A DNA stretch of 64,000 bases, from assembly GCA_964016885.1 (NCBI GenBank), contig OZ024740.1, positions 161,138,001 through 161,202,000 on the forward strand. Reading direction: 5' to 3'. How positions within the stretch are numbered: the first letter of the stretch is position 1; each line of letters opens with the position of its first letter. Positions 1 through 14,935 of this stretch are shown here, piece by piece. Below the pieces are notes generated by a model that did no database searches, had not been told where the DNA came from, and saw only the letters and a list, made by a program, of their open reading frames with translations. A program made the translations under genes and the position numbers. This stretch comes from Eledone cirrhosa. Lineage: Eukaryota.

Positions 1-1487
1 CGATCCTCACAGTGATTGGTCTCCACAGCCATTTATTCATAGCAAAAATGTATTTAGGGGTGATGGAAGGCCTTTTCGATTACAAAACGATGTGTGTGCT
101 GCAGTCTGTTATTTGTTTTAGCGCCTTCTCTCAGCATGGGAATTGGCAGAATCATTAGAGCGTACAATCACTGGAGCGTCATATGGTATGTAGTTAAGTC
201 ACTTTACGTACAGAGTTCCAATCTCACTTGTAACAATGTTAGAAGTTATTAAGGGATGCGTTGAACGAATCAGTACCGCTTTGCATCAGATGCCTTACAA
301 TATATTTTACTGAATCTTTACGTTCACATTCCACAGGGACCAGCTTTTCCCTTCATTATTTCGGGGTCAATAAAATAAAGTACGACTCAAATAGTAGGAC
401 TGATTTCATCAACTATATCACCTTCTAACATACGTAGTCCATGCTATAAATCAATATTGGCAATGCTACAAAATGTGGCTGCTATTCCTAATAGATAGAC
501 CACGTAAAGGTTCCTTCGTTGGCACATATTTCTCGATGTGTTTGTAGCTTCGTTTATTTTACGATATCCTTATTTATTTCCCCGGGGAATAGACACGTGG
601 GTTCAAAACATCATCCAATCCCCAACATAGGTCAAACTAATTCACACATAAGAGATTAGATAGATTACTATTATATTATGATGAGAAGCTTTGTAAACAA
701 TTCTGAGAAGTCCAACAGAATGTATCCAAATAATGATGACTGGTGCATACTACTGTTATTTTATCCTAAGTGTATTCAATCTCATGTTTTATTCCTGATA
801 TTATGGTATAACCCAGGACACAAGAGCAAAATTTAAAACCCTGCTAAAGGACACCGGCTACGTCATTTCTTTGACATACACAGCTCATGACCTCACTCTA
901 TTATTTATTTTTGGTGAATGAATAAATTGTTTTCGGATGCATTGTTTTTCGTAGCGGAAATGTTGGGGTTTATTTCATAGAAAATTCTGTTAGAAGCTGA
1001 CATTTCGTTTCCATAGGATGGCGGAGATGTAGGTAGTCGCAAAACAAGGTTGTTTGATATATGTTGAAAATTCATGTTACTTGTAATTGCAAATATTTAT
1101 CTTGTCTCTGCTCTCATGTGCCTTTGTTTTATGGTGCGTGTGGCGGTGAAGGTGTGTTCGTTCATGTTTCAGGTAATAATCATCTTTTAGGTTTTACTTC
1201 ATCAATCATTGTACCTGATGTAAATATTGTAAACCTTCTCTTAGAAATGGTAAAATGGTATTCTCATTAATAGTATCTGTATGTGATGCTGTATAATTGT
1301 AAGTCTATATATATATGTGTGTGTGTGAGCGTGTTTGCATGTATATATCTACATTTTTACATGTTTATTTATCTATGCTTATTTATGTGTGTTTATCGAT
1401 ATATACATACGTATATATATTTGTGTGTATATATATATATATGTATATAAATGTATATATATCTATATATATATATATATATCTATA

Positions 1488-1536
<49 letters not shown>

Positions 1537-1559
1537 GTATGTATATCTATATATATAGG

Positions 1560-2163
<604 letters not shown>

Positions 2164-2281
2164 TGACGGACCCGACGTATTTAACAATGCCAGGACCGGT
2201 TGCATTTGACCGTACTCAATCAGTGTATACACATAGTTATTCGCTTCAACATAACACATGTAAACGGGTGTCTATATTAGT

Positions 2282-2395
2282 TACCGGACTCGAGTTTCGG
2301 CCACACTTAATGCAGGAATAGGGTGTACTGCAGCCCCTGTCTGAATATATTATGCAACAGCGCATAATCGTCGTATGTGGGTTCATCAGCGGGTA
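2282..2395 (-). ncRNA. Type I hammerhead with long branched stem II (family B, copy 1)
   Basis: Minus strand cCCG-CTGATGA-acccacat...gtgtggcc-GAAA-CTCGAG-TC-CGG; palindromic stem III ACTCGAGT, GUC triplet. Confidence 0.85.
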
Positions 2396-2897
2396 TTGCC
2401 TAATCAATAACCAATCGATCGAAAAGTTCAACCCCCATACCATGCTGGCCATAACTATATGTGACGGCCAACACAGTAAAGTGATTAGCAACTGGAATCT
2501 CAGCCAACGTGTCTCAAACACACATTGATAAGATAGTGAAAAGTTGGTTATTAGAAAAAGTAATTCCACATCTTTGCACAGTAGAATAGTAGCATTCAGC
2601 TCTAGTCTCCAAGTCCCATGGCAATAGGATGGCGATGGTAACAGTGGTAGGGCCCAGAACCTTTAACGGACATTAAATGCCTCCATCCACTATACAGCGA
2701 TATAGAGTGGCGTGTTGGTAGCGGTAGTCACGTGCGTAGACCATTCTATCTCACAACTTAAACGATTCAAAATGCGAGTGAGAGAGAAAAAAAAATTAAT
2801 AGCAGGAATTAGAGCGCATATCAAAACAAAAACACAATAAAAAAGTGAAAACTTGTTTAATTTACTCTCAATAGGCTGCTAGTTGGGAGATAATAAT

Positions 2898-3176
2898 AAT
2901 TGTTTCTACTTTCGGCACTTTATTTTATCGATCCCGTAAGGATGAAAGGCAAAGTCAACCTCGGCGGGATTTGAACTTGGGAGATAATAATAATTGTTTC
3001 TATTTAGGCACAAGGCCAGCAATTACCTAGTGCATTACTGGTACTTTATTTTATCGACCTCGTAAGGATGAAAGGCAAAGTCAGCCTCGGCGGGATTTGA
3101 ACTCAGATCGTAAAGGGACGTAACTATGCTGGAAAGAATGGCGTCCGACCCTCTACCATTACTGCCAATCCACCAC
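2898..3176 (-). mobile_element. tRNA-derived SINE family 1 (Meta/MESC-like domain): one truncated and one near-full copy in tandem
   Basis: Reverse complement of the copy at 14544-14730; B-box gagttcaaatccc followed by ctttgcctttcatcctt..gtcgataaaataaagtacc. Confidence 0.85.
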
Positions 3177-3342
3177 TCTTGGGAGATAATAATAATGATA
3201 AGTTGACGAACCCGGCGTATTTAACAATGCCAGGACCGGTTGCATTTCAGCGTATTCAATAGATAATGTAGAATACATTCCAGATTATACACATAGTTAT
3301 TCACTTCAACATAACACACGTAAACGGGTGTCTATATTAGTT

Positions 3343-3453
3343 CCCGGACTCGAGTTTCGGCCACACTTAATGCACCAATAGGGTGCACTGCACTCCCTGT
3401 TTGCATATATTATGCAACAATGCATAATCGGTGCATGTGGCTTCATCAACGGG
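3343..3453 (-). ncRNA. Type I hammerhead (family B, copy 2; C3 changed to U)
   Basis: Minus strand CCCG-TTGATGA-aGCCACAT...GTGTGGCc-GAAA-CTCGAG-TC-CGGG. Confidence 0.8.
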
Positions 3454-3522
3454 TATCGCCTAATCAATATATATATATAAAAGTATATATATAAACATAT
3501 ATATATATATATACATATGTAT

Positions 3523-3746
3523 CAGTGGCAAAGGGTAACCTGGTAAGCAGGGCATGAAGTTCAATCGCCATGGCGGAAAGTGGGGCTGTGCAGCCTTACA
3601 CACCCCCAATTCCCTCTAAATGACTCTCCCGGTCAAAGCCGCATATAGTGTTATCTAGTGCGTGTGTATGTATGTTATCTTTTTATGTGTCTACGATTTA
3701 GTAAGCAGCCATTCTGCTTGCTTCAACCGACGCTGTCATGTGTTGT

Positions 3747-3778
<32 letters not shown>

Positions 3779-4119
3779 TGTCTTTTTATGTGTCTACGAT
3801 TTAGCAAGCAGCCAAAATTCTGCCTGATTCAACCGACGCTGTCGTGTGTTTGTGTGTGTGTGTGTTTGTGTGTATGTGTGTGTGTGTTTGTGTGTGTGTG
3901 ATCTTGTTATGTGTCTACGGTTTAGCAAGGAACCAAACTTCCGCTTGCTTCAGCCGACGCTGCCGTGTGTGTGTATGTGTGTGTGTGTGTTATCTTGTTA
4001 TGTGTCTACGATTTAGTAAGCAGCAAAAATTCTGCTTGCTTCAACCGACGCAATTGATCAACTCAAGATTCTATAACTCATGCACTGCATGAGTTGCATG
4101 CACGCACCCTTCACCCCTG
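3523..4119. mobile_element. Non-autonomous hAT-like TIR element with four internal ~100-120-nt tandem units
   Basis: Imperfect TIR CAGTGGCAAAGGGT / ACCCTTCACCCCTG; flanks atatgtat and gtatgtat resemble an 8-bp TSD; unit tatgtgtctacgatttagcaagcag...ctgcttgcttcaaccgacgc repeated four times at 3675-4050. Confidence 0.6.
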
Positions 4120-4231
4120 GTATGTATATATATACTCATGTATATATACATACGTATGTATATATACATACGTATAATTTATACGTATGTATATACATAC
4201 GTATAAATATATATAAGTATGTATATATACG

Positions 4232-4307
<76 letters not shown>

Positions 4308-4535
4308 CATACTTATATATGTTTATATATATATACACATACGTATATATATATATGTATATATACATAAGTATATATATATAAATACGTAAATATATAT
4401 ATACATATATATATATATATATGTATGTATATATATATATATGTATATATATATGTATGTATATATATGTATATATATATATGTATATATATATGAATAT
4501 ATATATATATGTATATATATATATGTATATATATA

Positions 4536-4566
<31 letters not shown>

Positions 4567-4616
4567 GCATATATATACACTTATGTATAGATGTAAATAT
4601 ATATGTATATATATAT

Positions 4617-4690
<74 letters not shown>
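4120..4690. repeat. (TA)n-rich compound microsatellite (representative of dozens in the window)
   Basis: Direct reading; similar tracts at 1310-1685, 7258-8058, 21520-22210, 24940-25822, 26197-27250, 30250-30510 and elsewhere. Confidence 0.98.
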
Positions 4691-4695
<5 letters not shown>

Positions 4696-4800
4696 TACTT
4701 GGGGAGAGTCATATTGTTGTAATAATATTGCCAGAATTAATAACAGAACACACTCACTGTTAGGTTGGTTTTCGCTTATATAACTTTAACTTTGATAACT
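4691..4800 (-). mobile_element. Isolated PLE pseudo-LTR end fragment (Neptune-related family)
   Basis: gttatacttggggagagtcatatt...cagaacacactcactgttaggttggttttcgct matches 13684, 14390-14472, 16235-16329 and 23149-23250. Confidence 0.7.
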
Positions 4801-6433
4801 TTTATTGGTTGTGGTCAGTATTAGCTCAGGCCATGTCTAACTTATTAGCACCACCTAGCTAAGTCTTACAAATCAGGAGTTGGCAACCATGGCCCATCCA
4901 AGTAGAGAGTTATTGTTTACGGAGGCATATCCGTGTGTAGAAGGTTTATCCGGGATTTCTTGAAGGAATTTGTCCTAATTCTTGAACTTGATGGGGTCTG
5001 TTTCTGTTTTAATGTGTTTTGGTGTAATGTTAAAGAGAGCAGGGCCAATTGGGGTGAAATAATTGTGCCGTATTGTTGTTATGAGATGTGAATGAGATTT
5101 TTGTCGTGGGCGGATAGCACGGGGCCCAAGCCTTGGGTGTACTTTAAAGGTGATGTCACCATCATTTGGGCAAAGCTGATGTAATATTTTCCACATCATG
5201 CAGATAATGTAGCGCTCACGGCGATGTTGGAGAGAATAAAGGTTGCATTTTTCTAATCGACTCCAATAGTCAAGGCCTGTCATGCCATCTATCTTTTTTG
5301 TAATTGATTTTGGGGTGCTACAACTTTCATGATACTTTGTTTCGTGTGGGGAGACAATAGTATTCAAGGTGGGCTCGGACAAAAGTGGAGAAGAGAAGGA
5401 TAACAGTGTAGATATCTCTCGACTGGGAGATTCTGAAAATCCAGGAACACATTCTGCGGGCTATGTCAACTTTGCTGTTTATACGAGTGGCCCAGCTTAT
5501 GTTGTTGTCCACAAGTCTCTGATGATGTTGCATGCTACGAGAGTTTCACTTGAAGGAAGAGAGTATGGGAGTTTCAGGGCATCCTTTTAACCAAAGTGGA
5601 TTAACTCGAACCTATCCTCATTCAACATTATATTGTTCTTCTCTGCCCATTGGATAACAGCCAGTAGGTCTGCCTGAAGGCAAGTCCGGTTACCCACCTC
5701 ATTGATGACCCTTTGGAGCTTAGAATCATTTGCGAAGATTCTTATGTTGCTGTGCATGATGATGTCAGTAATGTCATTAATGTAGATGAGGAAAAGAAGT
5801 GGGCCCAACACAGTGCTTTGTGGGACGCCACTGATGACTTTGGCTCGGCTTGATTTTACTCCTTCGACTACATGTTGGGCTCTGTCTGTCAGGAAACACT
5901 TGATCCACTGTAGCAACTTTCCAGAGACACCAATATTGATTAGTTTTTTTAATAGAATCTTATTATCAACACTGTGAAAGGCCTTGTTGAAATCAATGTA
6001 GATGACATCAGTGTTGGATCCCTCTCCCAAAGCTCTCAAAACATCATCAAAGTGATGCAGGTACTGCGTTAGGCAGTCCATTCTATTACGGAATCCACGT
6101 TGGTTGGAGTTCAGCAGGCCGTTGCTTTCGAGAAATTGGGTTATCTGTGATCTCACCACCCTCTCAAATACCTTGATGATATGAGAGGTGAGTGAAATCG
6201 GGCGGTAGTTCTTTGCAAGGGACTTATTTCACCTTTTGAAAACTGGGACAGAAGGATTTCAGGAATATAGCCAGTATCAAGTAAGTTCCTCCACAGATTA
6301 GCAAGAGGAGATGCAAGTTGGTGTCGACACACCTTCGGGACACAAGCAGGGAACCTATCGGGGCCGAGTGCTGAATTGTGTTTAATTTCGTTTATTGCCG
6401 CTAAAACATCAGGGGCGCAAAACATTATGTCCG

Positions 6434-6435
<2 letters not shown>
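4800..6435 (-). mobile_element. Decayed LINE ORF2 (CR1/L2-group reverse transcriptase), 5'-truncated
   Basis: Frameshifted ORFs with DVIYIDFNKAFHSV, SGVPQSTVLGPLLFLIYINDI, IFANDSKL and DYWSRLEKCNLYSLQHRRERY. Confidence 0.9.
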
Positions 6436-6504
<69 letters not shown>

Positions 6505-6511
6505 AGTGAGC

Positions 6512-6976
6512 TGAATCCATACGTACATATATATATATATGTGTGCATGTATGTATATATATATACATACAACTGTACGTCTGTATACATATATGTAAGT
6601 ACGTGTACATACTTATATTTAAGTAACAGCCGTACTAAGAGTGGGAAATGAAATTTCGTTTCATTTTTTCTGTTTATCGTTTTCGGTGCACCCGGCCGAT
6701 TAACCCACTCGATATGCAAATTGGGCTACTCAGCCGTTAATATGCATAAGGTAAGTATATACTTTCAGACGTTCAACAATCTGGCAGGAAGGTATGCGTT
6801 GCTGACGATAGCTAATAAGCTTGAAACTAGTACAGCGTTCCTTTGTCAGTGTTGAACAAACGAGCAACGATGGTTGCTAGTCACTACGGCTTAATACGGG
6901 ATGTTTGTTTACAAACACACCGAGCATTATATAAATGTTCGGTGAATCCATACGTACATATATGTATGTGTGCATG

Positions 6977-6990
<14 letters not shown>
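6512..6990 (+). mobile_element. Retrozyme-like element family A, copy 2 (431-nt monomer, different circular permutation)
   Basis: tgaatccatacgtacatata at 6512 and 6943; same sequence blocks as 1684-2163 but opened at a different point; (TA)n on both sides. Confidence 0.8.
6797..6837 (+). ncRNA. Type I hammerhead ribozyme (family A)
   Basis: CGTTG-CTGACGA-TAGCTAATAAGCTT-GAAA-CTAG-TA-CAGCG; intact core. Confidence 0.9.
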
Positions 6991-7021
<31 letters not shown>

Positions 7022-7027
7022 TTTCTG

Positions 7028-7254
7028 AAAGGAGAGGTACAAAACAAAGAAGAAAATCCCTGATCGGTGATTAGGTCACAGAATGTGTAACGAAAGAACG
7101 TTGACAATATATGAACAACCGTCCGGTTGTGGAACCAACCAACCAATCGGAAATTTATAAAAAAATGTTAATTTATAATTTAATTTATAATAAATTGGGG
7201 TGATTACATCTGGTACGTGTGTTTCTTATTGGCAACATGACCCTCCCAAAGTAT

Positions 7255-7260
<6 letters not shown>
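7028..7260 (+). mobile_element. Solo pseudo-LTR of the Neptune-like PLE, with decayed hammerhead
   Basis: Matches 55978-56208 (ggtcacagaatgtgt..cgaaagaac, ccgtccggttgtggaacc, atgaccctcccaaagtataacaat) and ends in (TA)n. Confidence 0.85.
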
Positions 7261-7321
<61 letters not shown>

Positions 7322-7398
7322 TGTATATATATATATATATATACATATATATACATATTTTTATGTATACATATATATATATATGTATACATATATAC

Positions 7399-7445
<47 letters not shown>

Positions 7446-7452
7446 TATATAC

Positions 7453-7485
<33 letters not shown>

Positions 7486-7508
7486 CATATATACACATAT
7501 ATACATAC

Positions 7509-7543
<35 letters not shown>

Positions 7544-7556
7544 CATATATATATAC

Positions 7557-7605
<49 letters not shown>

Positions 7606-7832
7606 CATATATATATACATATATATACATATATATATATACATATATACTTATATATACATATATATATACATATATACATATATATATGTATATATAT
7701 ATATATTTGTATGTATATACATATATAAATACATATTTATATGTATATATATATACTTATATATAATTATGATATATATTTATATGTATATATATATACT
7801 TATGTATATAGATACATGTATATAGATACATG

Positions 7833-7875
<43 letters not shown>

Positions 7876-8003
7876 ATATATGTATATATATATATACATA
7901 TGTATATATATATACATATGTATATATATATATATATACATATGTATATACATGTGTATATACATGTATATACATATGTATATATATATATATATATCCA
8001 TAT

Positions 8004-8059
<56 letters not shown>

Positions 8060-8063
<4 letters not shown>

Positions 8064-8405
8064 AAACGAAAAATCAGTGATGCATCTGAACTCAATTTAT
8101 TGTGTGTTACAATTGTTTCGCCGGCGAACAGCTCGAGACGCGATCATTGTGTGGATCTGTCTGATTCTGGACCCGCAGGTTCGACGGACACGTGTAATGA
8201 TTCCGGAGCATATTCTCTCACTGGTGTATCTGACCCTCTGGGCCAGTACTGTCAAAAACTTCAGCCTCTTCGCGCGTCCTGTGATTGGCCATTGGTTGGC
8301 TACGTCATCATTAATTCTGACCACAGGTATCATTCCGCTGTCCCATGTCTGCTACACTGCAATGAATTACTGCTGTGTTTGGTGGTCCACACACCCACGC
8401 GTGCA

Positions 8406-8443
<38 letters not shown>

Positions 8444-9029
8444 CATACACACACATACAACCACATAGATACCGACTATACCCACACATTAAGGAGAACA
8501 TATAAACATATAAGCATACGCATACATTCATCCAGAGAAGCACCTACATATATAGACACATGCTCACATGCCTATATACATCAACACGCACACACACACA
8601 CATGCTCATACACATGCATACGCGTATGTATACACGCGCACACAAACAAGTACAGATATGTACGTTGAACACCCCTCCTCCTGAACCCACGCACACACAC
8701 ATATACATACACGTACCCATATATACACGCACAGATACACACTCGCTCGCAAACACGCATATATATATATACACACACACAAACAAGCCCTTTCACTACG
8801 GGGTTGCTGTATACACACACACACACACTGGCCCATATACACTCCTACAAATATGCGCATATTCCCATTCACACCCACGCACGCATAAAAAAATAATAAT
8901 ATTATATATATCTATATATATATATATATACACACATCAACAGAATATACACACAAATTCATATAAAGATACACAATGGGTCGTACATGAAAGGATGCAT
9001 CTTGTTATAAACATGTACACATATAAAAA

Positions 9030-9091
<62 letters not shown>

Positions 9092-12000
9092 ATTTATATA
9101 TATATACATATATATACGTATATACATATACATAAAAAAAATATAAAATATAAAATATATTAGACATATTAAAAATATTAAAAATATTAAAAATATACAT
9201 ATAACGGCACATAGAGATACACAATGTGCTATACATGAAAGGGTGCACCCAGTTGTATGTGTCTACAGAGATGTTGTTACATTGCGAACATGGATCAATC
9301 CACGTATGGAATCTTCACGCAAGGCCACATAATGGTATTACAGTAAGTAGTATGCGCAGATCGTACAAAGAAAAGGTGTGCAAAATATATATAAAAAAAG
9401 CAGAAGAAACGTGAATGCATATGAGATAGTACACAAGATAAGTATGAGATACACACGTGGGTCTGCATACGGAAAATACAATAGGTGTTACAAAAGGTAT
9501 ACGTAGAGGGTATGCACAATCTATTGAAAAGATACACCTGTCGTGGGGTGCGTGGATTGGCCATACTGGAGTATATCACTGTGGTTGAGGTATAGTGTCT
9601 TATTGGTGTAAGTCATTTGACCCAATATCAGTGGAATCCGGGTCAACCTGTCCCGGCTCAGGCGATGTTCTTGCCTAGGGTGATACAGAGAATCGGGTAG
9701 GCATCCTCGGTAACTTCGGCTTACCCCGCGAGGCATATATAGTCAACAGAGTATGATGTCTGACCTCTTGACCCGTTTCGCCGCTCTGGTCGGCGTGCAC
9801 TCCGCCGCCTGCATTTAGCTTGGGCTGCCCGGTGTATTCCATGCGGCAAGTGTGCACCTTCTCTGGTGTCTGCGCGTCATGATTATTTCCGATTTCAGAT
9901 TGACCGCATCATCCTTCAGTCTGACTATCTCCATGGCCTCAGAAAGGCATAGCCTGCACTTTCTATTTCCAGTCGAATATGCAGTCGCATTCCGAACGAT
10001 ACTCCAGTTAAGGGCATACGGGGTGCCTTTGTCTTTCAAGTCCCACACCAGGTCCGCCAGCCTAGTAGAGTGCCTCTTGCTCCGGTCCTTGAAAGAGTTC
10101 GTGTGGTTATACATCCGCGATTTAAAGGTCGGGGATGTTTCGCCGATGTAGGTACGCTTTATATTGTGCGTGCTAACCACACATTTATATATCAGGCCTT
10201 TCGTTAGGCATCTTCCCTGCAGGATGCACTGTGTGCCCGCTTTGCAGTTGCAGGTTCTATCGTTATATTGTTCGTTTCGGGTTCATGGCCCTTGACCTTC
10301 CACGGCCCTCTCCTGATTCTCTGGGTGTTGTTCTGCCGACTCGGTGGTCTCACCTCCGCCACTCATTACCGCCCGGCGTTGGGTTGTATCGTCTTCCGCA
10401 GGGGTGGTGGCCGCCGCACGGGCAGGGTTGTAGTTGGGGGACCGGTCTGCGAGGGGCTCTCCGGGCTCCGATGGACGGTCATTCGGCCGCCGCTGTTGAT
10501 GGTCGATGTTCCCCATCTTCGCCGCGTTGGTTTTGGTCATGTTAGGTGCGGTGAGAAGGAAAACTTCAACGTGTGGTGGTTGAAAATCTTGTGATATCTG
10601 CTCGACGGCGGGAAGCACTCGTCTAACGCTCGGAAGAAGAGGCCTGGTACATTGCTGCATACATGCTTAGAATACGGCGCGTTAAACCATGTAACGGCCT
10701 TAGACCTTGTCTTGTTCCTTCGTGTGTGTGCAGTGGCGTGAATGTGTGTTGGGTCTGGTGTCTGTCTCGGGTTTTGCCCGCCCGTTATTTCGTCCCCTAT
10801 GCTGTCGCTATTTATATGTCTACCGTAGGCGTAGGGGTTATGCCGTTTGCTTACTGAGGTATTCCGTTTTGTATTGTCGGTTCTACTGTTAGTCTCGTTA
10901 CTGCTATGTGGTGCTGTTGTCGGGGCTATATCATTTCTACAGGGCCGGATGTTCCCTCTACCGGGTTTCACGGCCGTACTTGTCCTTACCCTATCCCTAG
11001 TTCTAGTTTCCGTGACGCATGTGGTGTGCATACCAGGCTTCTGTCTACGTGTACTAGGGGGTCTGTCGCCCGTGTGTGTCTTCGTCTGTCTTATTGTCGG
11101 TCTTGCGTCCTTGTGGTGATCTATTCTGCTTCTCTTGTCACTAATGTTTCTGTGTAACCGGCCCTGCGCAGTGCCTCATTATAATAGTCGGCGTGCTGGT
11201 TGAACACGTCTGCGTTGGCCGACAGGGTATATATGCGTTTTGATACCCCTTTAACTATTGCTTCTATGACTGACTTGGAGTGGTTCGATTGCCTGTTCAC
11301 ATACTATACTGCAGGTTATCATTGGGCTTGTGATAAGATCGGTGTATGCTTAAAAAAGTGCGATATGCGCTTCCTCATACGCTCCATCTGGCTGGGGTTT
11401 AGGGAACGAGAGAAAAAGAGTGCGTCGTCTCTGTATATTCCTCCGCCGATCCCTGGGATCTCCTCCGCTAATCTTTGGAGGAGATAGATTCTCACCAGGT
11501 CGGTTACCTGTGCAGAGTCGCTCGACCCCATAGTAATATCGAAACTGTCGGGTTTATCCCTCCTCTCCCATAATTTATCTTCGAAGCTAATTAGCGTCTT
11601 TCTCGCTGCCATTATGAGACTTGCCTCTTTCCTAGTGAGGTTGGACTTGGCCATGGCGCTCATGAGGGCCTTGTTCACTATTACAGGTGATAATGCCGCG
11701 TAGTAATTCGCTATGTCTAATTGAATAAAATTTACCTGCTGTTTGTTATCTATAAGCGAGAACCAGTCAATTACCTCCTTGGTGGAGGTCCATAAGCTAA
11801 GCCTAGTTTTGTTCCTAAATACCGGAAGTATCCTGTCTATGATATTCTTGCTGGTCCTACCTATGTCCGATTTGGAGGGTACTATTAGCCTAACCGGTAG
11901 GTTAGTTCTAAAGTCTAATTTATGATCCTTAATGTATATCCGTGGTTTTCTAGGTACATACTGTTCTGTTCTGTCATCTATTCCTAGCCCAGTCAATATT

Positions 12001-12120
12001 ATTTTGGTCGTGGCGTTAATGCTATCTAAGTTGTCCTGTCCTGTGGTTATTCTAATGTCTTCAAACTGCCGATGTTATTTGAGCTCCAGAAAACATGGTC
12101 GGGGAATTATATAACTAAAA
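8060..12120 (-). mobile_element. Penelope-like retroelement (RT + C-terminal GIY-YIG; CxCx5C linker, Hydra-clade-like), 5'-truncated and disrupted
   Basis: RT 11319-11996 (IKDHK, QLDIANYY, FDITMGS, GIYRDD); WFNAPYS near 10680; endonuclease 9815-10250 (YIGETS, FKSRMYNH, CRLCLSE); microsatellite-rich 3' UTR ending in a decayed hammerhead. Confidence 0.92.
8103..8195 (-). ncRNA. Degenerate hammerhead in PLE 3' pseudo-LTR
   Basis: Minus strand GTGT-ccgtcga-...ttcgccggc-GAAA-CAATTG-TA-ACAC; core mutated relative to CTGACGA; homologous to the motif at 14936-15031. Confidence 0.6.
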
Positions 12121-12357
12121 CCGACTTATTTTAGGCGATCTAGTTTATATCACCCCAAAATTAGATTTTAGCTTAAATTTAATATATTGTATATATGTAC
12201 ATATCTATCTATCTCTCTATATATATCATGTTTGTAGACGTAATATATATATGTATATATGTATGTATTAACGAGTGTATTACTGTATGTATTAACATAT
12301 ATATATTGTATATATATATATGTGCATATATCTCTATGTATGTATATTTATGATATA

Positions 12358-12469
<112 letters not shown>

Positions 12470-12939
12470 AATGTGTGTGTGTAATACATTATCTCTTGTA
12501 TGTGTCTCAGTGTATAACCTACAGTACAAACTGTGATAAGCTCTTTCTCTGCAAATCACTAAAATAATTCAATAAAAATGTTTTGTCTAAATCTCTCCCT
12601 CCCTCCACATACTCTTCACCATCTTATCTGTTTTTACTTAACACCTTGGTAAGTTCATGGCTTACGTCTGTCTGTTTGTTTTTGTGTGTGTGTGTAAAAT
12701 TTTACTCCCAATTTATTACGAAATGAATTTTTATCTCGATAAATGCAAATACATTCGATGTTTTGTTGAAAACAAATACATATTTTTCTCGTCCTGAAAA
12801 AAGTATTTGTAACAAATATTGTTTCTTTGGTACAAAGCTAAAGATTGAAAAACAGTTATGTTGTTGATTATACTGATTCCTGTATTTGACTGGCACTTTT
12901 TTCGACTGCTGGGTGTGATGCAAGGCAAAACTGATTTTG

Positions 12940-13130
12940 ACTAGGCACAAGGCCAACAATTTGGATGAAAGGGAAAATCGATTAAATCGACGCTAGTGCA
13001 TTACTCGTACATTATTTTATCGACCCCGTAAGGATAAAAGGCAAAGCTAACCTCGGCGGGATTTGAACGTAAAATGCCGTAACTCTATGCCGCGAAGCAT
13101 GCCCGACGTACAACCGATACTCCTAATCCA
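12940..13130 (-). mobile_element. SINE family 1 copy
   Basis: ttttatcgaccccgtaaggataaaaggcaaagctaacctcggcgggatttgaac. Confidence 0.8.
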
Positions 13131-13361
13131 ATAATAATAATTGAAAGTATATATGCTGAGTGACAAGTGAATCGTTCCCGTAAGTTTATTGATTTTTACA
13201 TGTTTAAAATGTTTGTTTTGAAATAATTTATGTTGCAAAGGGGGACACACGGCATCTTTGGCGCCAAGAAATGAGTCAACATAATATTTGGGCCTTTAGT
13301 CCCAATACTTAATGTATATATTGTAATTGTCACCAACTCCTCTCACAGCATGACTACATAA

Positions 13362-13520
13362 TTTTTCTACTTTTGGCACAGCAATTACCCAGTGTATTAC
13401 TGGGACTTTATTTTATCGATCCCGTAAGGATGAAAGGCAAAGCTAATCTCGGCGGGATTTGAACTTAGAACGTAAAGGGCGGTAACTCTATGCCACAAAT
13501 CATGTTGTTCGACGCTCTAC
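13362..13520 (-). mobile_element. SINE family 1 copy
   Basis: ttttatcgatcccgtaaggatgaaaggcaaagctaatctcggcgggatttgaact. Confidence 0.8.
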
Positions 13521-13683
13521 TGATAATATGTATGCATGTGTGTGTGTTTGTATATATATATATTTGTGTGTATATATATATGCGTGTGCATGTGTGTATA
13601 CATATATATACATGTGTGTTTATGTATGTACGTGTATGAATGTACGTGTATGTATACATATTTTATATATATATATATACATA

Positions 13684-14530
13684 TTGTTATACTTGGGCAG
13701 AGTCATATTGTTGTAATAATATATCCATTGCCATCGACCCCTCCCTCTGCTCACTAATCATCTACACTTTCTTCAAACACACAGCACAGACACCCATTCC
13801 TACCCCGACTTTACCTCCTAACACCCCACCCACACCAAACACTCCACTCTTTACTCCCAACTACTCCGGATCCGTCGCCTTTGCAGCGAAGATGCGGACT
13901 TCGAGACCCAGGCCCTTTCTCTGGTCCGTCATTTCACCCGGAGAAGTTACCCCACTCCCTCGTTCACGCCGCCCTCACCCGCGCCCGCCTGTCCGCGACG
14001 CTATCGCCCTCACCTTACGCCCTCTCCTCCCACCATCTCTTCTTCCTACTCACCTACCATCCCGCCACCCTACCCATCCAACCCCTCTTCACCTCTTCCG
14101 AAGCCTGCAGTCAGAGACTATACACACAGACATACACTCCACTCCAACACACACAATGGTTTTTCATAACCCACAATCACATACACTCCCTTTCTCCCAG
14201 ACTCATCACACTTACATCCACGCATACACACTCACACTTACAACTACACACACATACACCTCGCCTTCCGCCATCCCCACTCGGACATTTTTCCTTCCCC
14301 TTCTCTCTCCCCACCACACCGTTGGCAAGTCAATCGTAACATTGAGAACCGAATAAATTAAATTAACCGATATAAAAGACACAGTAGCGAAAACCAACCA
14401 AACAGTGAGTGTGTTCTGTTATTAATTTTGGCAATATTATTACACAAATATGACCCTCCCCAAGTATAACAATGTTTGTTTCGACACACGATTTCATATC
14501 AAAACCTCGCAAAACTAATTCATCGCCGTT
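13684..14530 (+). mobile_element. PLE 3' UTR/pseudo-LTR remnant with short inverted 5' end
   Basis: 13684-13722 is an inverted copy of 14432-14472; the right end runs into the ORF start ATGACCCTCCCCAAGTATAACAAT; flanked by (TA)n. Confidence 0.65.
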
Positions 14531-14543
14531 ATATATATATAAG

Positions 14544-14730
14544 GGCGGTGGATTGGCAGTATCGGTAGAGGGTCGGACGCCATGCTTTCCAGCATAGTTA
14601 CGTCCCTTTACGATCTGAGTTCAAATCCCGCCGAGGTTGACTTTGCCTTTCATCCTTACCGGGTCGATAAAATAAAGTACCAGTAATGCACTGGGTAATT
14701 GCTGGCCTTGTGCCTAAAGTAGAAACAGTT
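14544..14730 (+). mobile_element. Full-length SINE family 1
   Basis: A-box-like tggcagtatcgg, B-box gagttcaaatccc, conserved central domain gactttgcctttcatccttaccgggtcgataaaataaagtaccag. Confidence 0.9.
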
Positions 14731-14935
14731 ATATATATATATAGTAATAATTATAAGGGTGAAAGCAGTAATTCTTTGCTTAAACTTTAATCTGTAATTT
14801 TAATATATATATATCACAGAAAAAAGAGAATCAGTGTTGCGACGAAAGGAATTTATTGGACATATTACAATTGTTTCTCGGGCGACCAGCTCGAGGCACG
14901 ATTTTTCTATAGGAAAATATGCTTCATAGAATCGA

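Noticed and set aside
1075-1216. Exon-like His-rich stretch on the minus strand
   Set aside because: An in-frame stop lies between the candidate acceptor and the open stretch; no recognisable homology.
3675-4050. Repeat-spacer-like array of four hairpin units
   Set aside because: The spacers are (TG)n, the context is eukaryotic and there are no cas genes; it is an internal repeat of a TIR element, not CRISPR.
14544-14630. tRNA-like A and B boxes here and at 50995-51060
   Set aside because: They are SINE heads; no complete cloverleaf and each is followed by a SINE body.
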